DNA of 64,000 nucleotides. It comes from Eubacteriales bacterium (GTDB lineage Bacteria > Bacillota > Clostridia > Christensenellales > UBA1750). Of this stretch, positions 57,233 to 64,000 are shown piece by piece. The translations under genes and the position numbers were made by a program. Positions within the stretch are counted from its first letter, which is position 1, and the number at the start of each line of letters is the position of its first letter. Where the stretch lies: assembly GCA_031548365.1 (NCBI GenBank), contig JAVBRD010000019.1, forward strand, positions 84,511-148,510, written 5' to 3'. The notes under the pieces are model-generated. The model did no database searches. It had not been told where the DNA came from and saw nothing but the letters and a program-made list of their open reading frames with translations.

Positions 57233-59254
57233 ATGCTGACTGTAAAAAACGCGCACTGGATATGGGCGGGCGGGGAGCGGATTCCGGACGACAAGGTTGT
57301 GTTTGTCAAACGGTTTTCGCTTGACAAAGCGCCCGCGTCCGCCCCCACCGTGATGGCGTGCGACACGAAGTACTGGCTGTACATCAACGGCGCGTGCGTG
57401 GTTCGCGAGGGCGGTCTTTTCCGCGAAAGCCGGCCGGGCTGCGGTTACGCCGACACGCTGGACATCGCGCCACACCTCGTTTCCGGCGAGAACACGGTCG
57501 CGCTTTTGTGCTGGTACTTTGGCAACAGCGGGCGCAACAGCGTGGACAGCGGGAACGCGGGCCTGCTTTTCTCCTGCGACGCCATCGGCGTGCACAGCGG
57601 CGCGTCTTTCGCGTGCATGCGCCACCCGGCGTACGTGTCCGCGGGCGATCCGCCGCCTTCCTACCTGTTCGCGGGTCACAACATCGGGTACGACATGAAC
57701 CTGGACATCGGCGATTTTGCCGCGCCCGGCTTTGACCATCCCTCCCTTGCGCCCGCCGTCGAGCTTGACGGGGAGCGCTTCGGCGCGCTCTACCCGCGCC
57801 CCATACCGCTCCACCGCTTCGCGGAGCCGGTGTTCATCGAATCGTCCCGTCTCCCGCACGCCATGACGTTCAACCCCGTCATCCGCGCGATCGCCAAGGG
57901 CGGGGAGGTGCTGGAACTCCGCACCGACCGCTTCAGGGTCAACGGCGGGCCGGGCGACCACCACCACAGCTATTTGAGCCACCGCGTCTCGCTCACGCTC
58001 AAACCGGGGCTCAACGAGTTTGAGAGCATCGACTACCTGTACGGCGAGCAGCTCATCGTCACGAGCCATCCACCGCTTGAAACGCTCGAAATCGGCTACC
58101 GCGAGTCGGGGTTCGACGCGGACATCGTGGGTCATTTTTCATGCGACGACCCGCTGGTCGGCGCGCTTGTGCAAAAATCCGCGCGCACGCTCTACGTCTG
58201 CATGCGCGACAACTTCATGGACTGCCCCGACCGCGAGCGCGGGCAGTGGATCGGCGATGTATCCGCGCAGGCGCCGCAGGTGGCGTTCCTGCTCGACGAG
58301 CGCGCGCAGAAGCTCCTTCGCAAGGCCGCGCTCGACTTCATCTACCTTCGGCGCGGGCGCGAGCTGGTGGGCAACGTCCCCGGCAACCACGCGGCCGAAC
58401 TGCCCCCGCAGAGCCTGAACGCCATCGGCCCGTACGGTTTGATCGCGCAATACCACAAGTACACGGGAGACACGACCGTTCTTGAAGAAGCGTTCGATCC
58501 GTGCGTCGATTACTTAAAGCTCTGGCAGACCGGCCCGGACGGACTCCTTCTGCCGCGCAAGGGCAACTGGCGCTGGTTCGACCACCTCTACAACATCGAC
58601 GAAGCCGTGCTGGAGAACGCGTGGACATACGCCGCGCTCGGGTACTGGCTCAAAACCGGCGAGCTGTTGGGCTATCACGCTCACGACGCGTTCCTGACCG
58701 AGCGCATGGCCGGGATCCGCGAAGGCTTTGAGTCCTTCTGGATGAAAGACCGCTTCTACTCCTCGCAGGGCGTGGTGGATGACCGCGCCAACGCGCTGGC
58801 CGCGCTCTCAGGCCTCTGCCCGCCGGAGCGCTTCCCACAGATTCGCGACGTTTTGCTCTCCGTGTTCAACGCGACGATTTACATGGAAAATTACGTTTTG
58901 ATCGCGCTGTGCGAGATGGGCTACACAGCCGACGCGTACCGCCGGATGATGTCGCGCTACCACAATCTGGCGCTCAACGACAACACCACGCTCTGGGAGG
59001 ACTTCTTCATCCTCGGCACGAAAAATCACGCGTGGAGCGGCGCTCCCGCGACCATCGCGCTTTCGTACTTCGCGGGCGTTCATACGAACGACGGGTTCGC
59101 CACCTTCACCATCAACCCCGTGCAGGGCCTGTTTGAGCGCATGCAATTTACCTTTGCGGCGCGCGGGGGCACCGTGTCCGTCCATGTGGAGCACGGCAAG
59201 GTCACTCGCGTCGATAACCGCTCGCGTTCGCTGTGGGTTGGGAGTGAGGGGTAA
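57233..59254 (+). CDS. GH78-like alpha-L-rhamnosidase family protein (second copy), cytoplasmic
   Basis: Signature NFMDCPDRERGQWIGD and a six-hairpin region. Start taken at MLTVKNAHWIW. Confidence 0.7.
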   Translation: MLTVKNAHWIWAGGERIPDDKVVFVKRFSLDKAPASAPTVMACDTKYWLYINGACVVREGGLFRESRPGCGYADTLDIAPHLVSGENTVALLCWYFGNSGRNSVDSGNAGLLFSCDAIGVHSGASFACMRHPAYVSAGDPPPSYLFAGHNIGYDMNLDIGDFAAPGFDHPSLAPAVELDGERFGALYPRPIPLHRFAEPVFIESSRLPHAMTFNPVIRAIAKGGEVLELRTDRFRVNGGPGDHHHSYLSHRVSLTLKPGLNEFESIDYLYGEQLIVTSHPPLETLEIGYRESGFDADIVGHFSCDDPLVGALVQKSARTLYVCMRDNFMDCPDRERGQWIGDVSAQAPQVAFLLDERAQKLLRKAALDFIYLRRGRELVGNVPGNHAAELPPQSLNAIGPYGLIAQYHKYTGDTTVLEEAFDPCVDYLKLWQTGPDGLLLPRKGNWRWFDHLYNIDEAVLENAWTYAALGYWLKTGELLGYHAHDAFLTERMAGIREGFESFWMKDRFYSSQGVVDDRANALAALSGLCPPERFPQIRDVLLSVFNATIYMENYVLIALCEMGYTADAYRRMMSRYHNLALNDNTTLWEDFFILGTKNHAWSGAPATIALSYFAGVHTNDGFATFTINPVQGLFERMQFTFAARGGTVSVHVEHGKVTRVDNRSRSLWVGSEG

Positions 59255-59468
59255 CCGTTTTGGGGCGCGATCACGGCCGGGGCAGCATCGCGTGATTCGC
59301 GAGCGCTGTCCCGGCTTAGTGGGCCCCTTGAGCTTCACAAAAAGAGCTCGTTGCGGCGATCGCGCGGGGCACATCTGCTTTTCCGGCGAGAGTTTTTAGC
59401 CCGGCAAGGGCCGGCGTCCGCGAGGCGGGGAGCGTCTGATCGGGACGAAAGGCGCGGCGCGAAAAAAC

Positions 59469-59520
59469 GAGGCTGTATCGGAGCAACCGTGCTCCGACAC
59501 AGCCTCATTTTCACTCTTGC
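59469..59520. terminator. Long hairpin with flanking A- and T-tracts downstream of the rhamnosidase gene (copy-D region of the repeat family lies nearby)
   Basis: GAGGCTGTATCGGAGCA-ACCG-TGCTCCGACACAGCCTC followed by ATTTTCACTCTT and preceded by GAAAAAAC. A weak GAACCCGC-like box sits at about 59560. Confidence 0.5.
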
Positions 59521-59697
59521 GTCAACACCAAACGGACGCCAAGACCCGCCGTTCTGCGTGAAAACCCCGCGGGTTCTCGCGGATCCCCTGAGCAAGTACG
59601 CACAGCCGTCACCCGCCTGTCGACAGCTTAAGCGGCGACCCGCGACCCCGCCGTTCTCCGTTCGCATTCCGCACAAACGAGGAGGGCGGCCCCGGCG

Positions 59698-60510
59698 CTA
59701 CGCTCTTTGGGCTTCTTTGTCCGCGCGCGCGAGCCCGAAGGCGCACGCGGCCATGACCGCCATGCACGCGCAGAGGGTGACGCACATCGCCATCTCGCTG
59801 GCGCTGCCCTCGTAGAACATGGCCAGAAACGCCACGACAAGTGCGCAGAGCGAAGCGCCCGCGTGCACGGCGGAACGAAGCGGTTTCGCGCCCGCCAAAA
59901 GCGCGCGGACGAGGAGGTACGCGGTTAAGATGAGGAGGTACGCGGCCGCGCTAACCTGTGCGACGCGCACAAAGCCGATGTACGCGCTGACCTCGTAAAA
60001 CGGTTCGGTGATGACGCGCGCGGCGCAGTACGCGAATACGCAGGCGATCATGCCGTCGCCCGTGCGCACGGACGGACCGCGGACAAACAGGACGACCGCG
60101 ACCGGAATCATCGCGAGCGCTTCGCAAAGCGGCAGGACCGAGGGAAAGCCTTTCCACGGGCAAAGCCACGAAAGCTGCGCAACGGCGATGAAGATCGCCG
60201 CAGGCGGCGCGAGCACGTCGAGCAGCGCTCCCGCGCTCACACGAAAAAGGCGCGCGTAGATGAAGGCCCCCGTCGCAAGACCCGCGAGGGCGCCCGGAAT
60301 CGTACCTCCCGAGCCCAGGGCGGCCACCGTCAGCGGGAGCCCGTAGCGCGCGAACGCCGCATACGACAGCCGCGAGAACGCGAATGCGATCGGCGCGCAG
60401 AAAATGGCGCACAAGGCCGCGCCGCGCGCGTCCACCGCCGATCGGCGCGCCATGAGCAGCGCGGCGGGAAAAAACAAGAGCATGGCCAGAGCGATGAACG
60501 CGCCTGTCAA
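59698..60510 (-). CDS. Hypothetical polytopic membrane protein (Ala/Leu-rich)
   Basis: Seven to eight TM helices. It lacks the Lgt signature and I recognise no family. Confidence 0.45.
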   Translation of the reverse strand: MTGAFIALAMLLFFPAALLMARRSAVDARGAALCAIFCAPIAFAFSRLSYAAFARYGLPLTVAALGSGGTIPGALAGLATGAFIYARLFRVSAGALLDVLAPPAAIFIAVAQLSWLCPWKGFPSVLPLCEALAMIPVAVVLFVRGPSVRTGDGMIACVFAYCAARVITEPFYEVSAYIGFVRVAQVSAAAYLLILTAYLLVRALLAGAKPLRSAVHAGASLCALVVAFLAMFYEGSASEMAMCVTLCACMAVMAACAFGLARADKEAQRA

Positions 60511-61526
60511 CCGCCCACCCCCGATTTGCCCGGCGTGACTTCCTCCGCAAAGTACAAAATATCGGTCACAGACCGCTCTCCGTTTCCGGAGGGCCGGTTG
60601 ATGACCTCGCCATTGAAGAAAAGCGTGGTGGATCCGCCGCCGTCGAGGTTATACGCGACCCGGCAGCCGCGCGAAGCCATCTCAAGCGCGAGCTCGTCGA
60701 GCGTCATCCCCTCCGAGTAACCTTCGCGGCGGCCGTCCACCACCAGCAGGAGGTAGTGGAGCGGGGCGATCTGTCCGATGGCCGTGCGCGGTTCTTTGTA
60801 TTTGTCAGAGACGAGGCGTCTTGGAAACTCGGTCTGAGCGACGCCGTCCGTGACGAGTTCAGGCCCGAATGAAAACGTCTGCCATACGCCCGCGTCCAGG
60901 AGCGCCTCGCCGTCAGCGCGCCGCTCGGGCATCACATCCAGGTTGCCCTGCGCGTCCACGATCAGCAGGTCGGTGCCCCCCGGTTGGTTGCGGAGAAGTT
61001 CGCCGTTGCGAATGGCGATGCCGTCGCTTCTGTAGCCCACATAGTCGCCGTTACACGCGAGAACCGCGTCCGTCTTCGCGGCAATTTTAGAAACGTACGC
61101 GCGCGCGGAAAGGGGCCGCTCGCCGCTGGCGAACGCCGAGCGAAACTGTTCTGCGCTGTCAACGCGAATATCCGCCGAAAAAAGCACGTTTCCCTCTTTT
61201 TCGTGCTTTGTGAGCACGATTTTGAGCCCGCCCGCGTCGTAACTCAAGCGCTCGACCTCGGTTGGGTCGGGCGTGGGCGTGGGCGCGGTTGTGACCTCGG
61301 GCGTCGGAGAGGCGGTCGGCGCGGGCGTCGGCGCGAAAGCCGTTCGGGGCGCGTCCGTCGGCGCGGCCGCGTTCGGCGTCGGCGGCGCAGTCGGCGCTTC
61401 GGTCGCGCGCGCGGGCGCAAGCGTGACAAAGATGCCGGTGTTCGCGGGCGTAAACAGCACAAAGGCGGCGGCCGTCATCGCGAGCCATACGGCGGCGAGA
61501 AGGAAGAAGGACGGGGGTTTTTTCAT
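60507..61526 (-). CDS. Phosphodiester glycosidase family protein (NAGPA-like), membrane-anchored with PT linker
   Basis: N-terminal TM/signal segment, a Pro/Thr/Ala linker, and the C-terminal NLDGGGSTTL motif typical of the family. Confidence 0.65.
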   Translation of the reverse strand: MKKPPSFFLLAAVWLAMTAAAFVLFTPANTGIFVTLAPARATEAPTAPPTPNAAAPTDAPRTAFAPTPAPTASPTPEVTTAPTPTPDPTEVERLSYDAGGLKIVLTKHEKEGNVLFSADIRVDSAEQFRSAFASGERPLSARAYVSKIAAKTDAVLACNGDYVGYRSDGIAIRNGELLRNQPGGTDLLIVDAQGNLDVMPERRADGEALLDAGVWQTFSFGPELVTDGVAQTEFPRRLVSDKYKEPRTAIGQIAPLHYLLLVVDGRREGYSEGMTLDELALEMASRGCRVAYNLDGGGSTTLFFNGEVINRPSGNGERSVTDILYFAEEVTPGKSGVGG

Positions 61527-61587
61527 TTGTCAGGATTCCTTTATCGCGTGGCCTGAAACCCGCGGTTGAAATTTCTATGCTATCCAT

Positions 61588-61616
61588 TTGATTTTTCCAC
61601 AAAAATCGACTATAAT
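61588..61616 (+). promoter_or_regulatory. Sigma-A consensus promoter of the nfeD-floT operon
   Basis: TTGATT, a 17-nt spacer, then TATAAT (61611 to 61616). Confidence 0.6.
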
Positions 61617-61662
61617 CATAGAGTATAAACGTAGCAAAAACAAGCGTCTGGAGGTGCTGAGC

Positions 61663-62334
61663 GTGACCTGGTACGATGGGCTTTCCTCACTTGGGCGTTT
61701 TTTCCTCATCACAGGTGCGTCGTCGCTGACCATCCTGATCGTGCAGACCGTTCTCGCGCTCGTCGGCGCGCACGGTGAAAGCGCCGCCGACGTGTCCGGC
61801 CTGCATTCACCTGGGGACGGAGCGCTGGATTCTCCCGACGCCGACGCGGACATGGACGCGGACATGGACGCGGTTGAAGCGGATCACGACGGCGACGACG
61901 GCGCTCACGCGGGTGCGCTCCTGAGTGTGCGCGGCATCCTCGCGTTCACATCCATCGGCAGCTTTGCCGCGCTCGCGCTCATCCGCGTCTCCCCCATCCT
62001 CGCTGTCATCGGCGCGCTCGTGGCGGGATTCGCGGCCATGTGGGCGATGTCCCGAATGATGGTCGCGCTCGCGGGCCTCGCTCACAGCGGCAACCTACGC
62101 GCGTCGCGCGCCATCGGGCTGACGGGCGAGGTATACATCCCCATTCCCGCGGATGAGCGCGGCGAGGGCAAAGTCATGATCGTGGTTCAGGAGCGGCTCT
62201 CCGAGCTGTCCGCCGTGACCGAAGGCCCCGCGCTCAAGACTGGAGAGCAGGTGCGCGTGGTGGGCGTGCGCATCGCGGATCAGGCGCTGATCGTGGAACC
62301 GATTGAGAAAAAGGAACCGCGTCTGGTGTTGTAG
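61663..62334 (+). CDS. NfeD-like (YuaF/YqiJ) membrane protein with C-terminal OB-fold, partner of flotillin
   Basis: GTG start after a GGAGGTG RBS. Two TM regions, an acidic DADADMDADMDAVEADHDGDDG segment, and the C-terminal beta-barrel GEGKVMIVVQERL..GEQVRVVGVRIADQALIVEP. Confidence 0.75.
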   Translation: MTWYDGLSSLGRFFLITGASSLTILIVQTVLALVGAHGESAADVSGLHSPGDGALDSPDADADMDADMDAVEADHDGDDGAHAGALLSVRGILAFTSIGSFAALALIRVSPILAVIGALVAGFAAMWAMSRMMVALAGLAHSGNLRASRAIGLTGEVYIPIPADERGEGKVMIVVQERLSELSAVTEGPALKTGEQVRVVGVRIADQALIVEPIEKKEPRLVL

Positions 62335-62370
62335 TCCACGCGTCGTCGCGTATAGAAAGGGTGGTACGGT

Positions 62371-63750
62371 ATGGGTGAAGTCTTGGCTTTGGTGTGCATC
62401 ATCGTGGTGGTTTTTTTTCTAGCGCTGATCGTCGTTTTGTCGCGGTACCGCAAGTGTCCGTCCGACAAAATTCTGGTCATCTACGGCATGGTGGGCAAGG
62501 ACAAAACCGGCAACGACCGCAGCGCGACGTGCGTGCATGGCGGCGCGAGCTTTGTCTGGCCGGTCGTGCAGTCCTATCAATACCTGGATTTGACGCCGAT
62601 CTCCATCAGCGTTGATCTGCGCAACGCGCTCTCCCGCCAGAACATCCGCATCGACGTTCCCTCGCGCTTTACGGTCGGCATCTCGACGGAGCAGGCCATC
62701 ATGCAGAACGCCGCCGAGCGGCTTTTGGGCCTAAAACTCCAAGAGGTGCAGGAGCTTGCCAAGGACATCATCTTAGGGCAGCTCCGCCTGATCATCGCCA
62801 CCATGGACATCGAGGAAATCAACTCCGACCGCGACAAGTTCCTGGAGGCCGTGTCGCGCAACGTCGAGGGAGAGCTCAAAAAGATCGGCCTCCGCCTGAT
62901 CAACGTCAACATCACCGACATCAACGACGAATCCGGCTACATCGAGGCTCTAGGCAAGGAAGCCGCCGCGAAAGCCATCAACGACGCCAAGCGCAGCGTT
63001 GCCGAGAAGGACCGCGACGGCGCGATCGGCGAAGCCAACGCGCGCAGGGATCAGCGCATCCAGGTCGCGGAGGCCAACGCGTTGGCTATCGCGGGTGAAA
63101 ACGATTCCAAGGCCAACATCGCCCAGTCCGACGCGGAACGCCGTGAACGCGAGGCACAGGCCATGCGCATCGCCACCGCCGCCGAACAGGTGCAAGAGGC
63201 CAAGGCCAACCTTGAAGCCTACGAAGCGCAAAAAATGGCCGAACTACAGCGCGCGGAGCTCCAGCGCGCGACGCAGGAGGCCGATATCGTCGTTCAGGCC
63301 GAGACGCTGAAAAAGAAAATGGAGATCGACGCCGAAGCGCTCGCCGAGCAAACGCGCCGCCGCGCCAAAGGTGAAGCCGACGGCACTTACGAGCGCATGG
63401 CCGCCGAAGCGCGAGGCGTTGAGGCCATCCTCACCAAGCAGGCGCTGGGCCTTGCGCAGATCGTCGCCGCCGCGGGCGGCAACTCCGAGGCCGCCATCCG
63501 GCTCATGATCGCCAACCGCCTTGAAGAACTCACCCGCATCCAGGTCGACGCCATCAAGAACCTCAAGATCGACAAGGTCACCGTTTGGGACGGCATGAGC
63601 GACGGCAAAACGCCCGCCACCGCCAACTTCCTCTCGGGCATGCTCAAGGCCGTACCGCCCATGAGCGACATGTTCGAGATGGCCGGCATGAAGCTCCCCG
63701 ACTACCTCGGCAAACCCGCCGAAGCGCCGGAAACAAAAGCGGAAGGGTAA
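62371..63750 (+). CDS. floT: Flotillin (SPFH/band-7 domain, FloT/YuaG-like)
   Basis: N-terminal membrane hairpin, the SPFH domain, and a long EA-repeat coiled-coil (AEANALAIAGEND..AQKMAELQRAELQRA) typical of flotillin. Confidence 0.85.
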   Translation: MGEVLALVCIIVVVFFLALIVVLSRYRKCPSDKILVIYGMVGKDKTGNDRSATCVHGGASFVWPVVQSYQYLDLTPISISVDLRNALSRQNIRIDVPSRFTVGISTEQAIMQNAAERLLGLKLQEVQELAKDIILGQLRLIIATMDIEEINSDRDKFLEAVSRNVEGELKKIGLRLINVNITDINDESGYIEALGKEAAAKAINDAKRSVAEKDRDGAIGEANARRDQRIQVAEANALAIAGENDSKANIAQSDAERREREAQAMRIATAAEQVQEAKANLEAYEAQKMAELQRAELQRATQEADIVVQAETLKKKMEIDAEALAEQTRRRAKGEADGTYERMAAEARGVEAILTKQALGLAQIVAAAGGNSEAAIRLMIANRLEELTRIQVDAIKNLKIDKVTVWDGMSDGKTPATANFLSGMLKAVPPMSDMFEMAGMKLPDYLGKPAEAPETKAEG

Positions 63751-63869
63751 GCGCGCCCTTCGGCCAATCGTCATCCAAATGAAGCGGGGGAAGCACTGCT
63801 TCCCCCGCTCAGCGTGAAGACTAACCCATCGCTGACGCACCAGGTTCGTCTTCACAGCCAATCGGAAGC

Positions 63870-64000
63870 GTGGGGGGGGGGGGGGGGGGGGGGGCAACCC
63901 CCACCCCCCGGGGGGGGAATTTAAAAAAGTGGGGGCGGGGGGGGGCGCGGCCACAGACCCAGAAACGCTAGAGGACGCCGGGGGGGGGACGGGGGGGGGC
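63870..64000. other. Poly-G / poly-C low-complexity stretch at the window end (probable sequencing or assembly artefact)
   Basis: Runs of 10 to 25 G interrupted by short C-runs (ggggggggggggggggggggggggcaacccccaccccccgggggggg...), which is non-biological in this context. Confidence 0.7.

Noticed and set aside
59698-60510. Prolipoprotein diacylglyceryl transferase (Lgt) call for the 270-aa membrane protein
   Set aside because: It lacks the Lgt signature (G-R-x-G-N-F-x-N-x-E), so only the size and hydrophobicity match.
63870-64000. G-quadruplex or telomere-like element
   Set aside because: It sits at the extreme contig end with homopolymers far beyond functional G4 length, which fits a sequencing artefact.

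Overview
This is about 64 kb of high-GC (roughly 65%) chromosomal DNA, most likely from a spore-forming Firmicute. The evidence for that is an intact pro-sigma-K/E-type sporulation sigma factor, an Lpl-type sugar ABC importer, an NfeD-flotillin pair, and lipoproteins with Pro/Thr/Ala linkers. I called about 55 protein-coding genes on both strands, many of them translationally coupled by ATGA overlaps.

Carbohydrate-active enzymes and transporters dominate the window. The enzymes are GH4, GH5, GH43, two GH78-like rhamnosidases, GH127, an alpha/beta-hydrolase esterase and a phosphodiester glycosidase. The transporters are a LplB/LplC/LplA-type importer, three type-I ABC exporters, an ABC-2/GldG-like/DUF4340 module, an ABC-F protein, one MATE and two MFS transporters. 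Regulators are sigK, PadR with its DUF1700/DUF4097 partners, AraC and an XRE-S24 repressor. Housekeeping genes include a DEAD-box RNA helicase, an Lhr helicase, RlmH, a NUDIX hydrolase, a HAD hydrolase and an aldo-keto reductase.

I recognised no rRNA, tRNA, CRISPR array, transposase or integrase.

The features that the standard families do not explain are:
- a tandem pair of paralogous, uncharacterised ~550-aa cytoplasmic proteins directly downstream of the Lpl-type importer, which are my best candidate for a new enzyme family;
- a dispersed, hairpin-containing intergenic repeat family with at least four copies and sharp internal terminator-like hairpins, which could be a REP/MITE-like element or an sRNA family;
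- a coupled GH4 / SAM-methyltransferase / APH-like kinase operon;
- an orphan immunity-protein-like gene beside the XRE-S24 repressor;
- a 50-aa P-loop-kinase-like C-terminal fragment beside rlmH;
- a contig-end poly-G stretch that looks like a sequencing artefact.

Coordinates for starts that I moved away from the ORF track are my best estimates from RBS positions and homologue N-termini.
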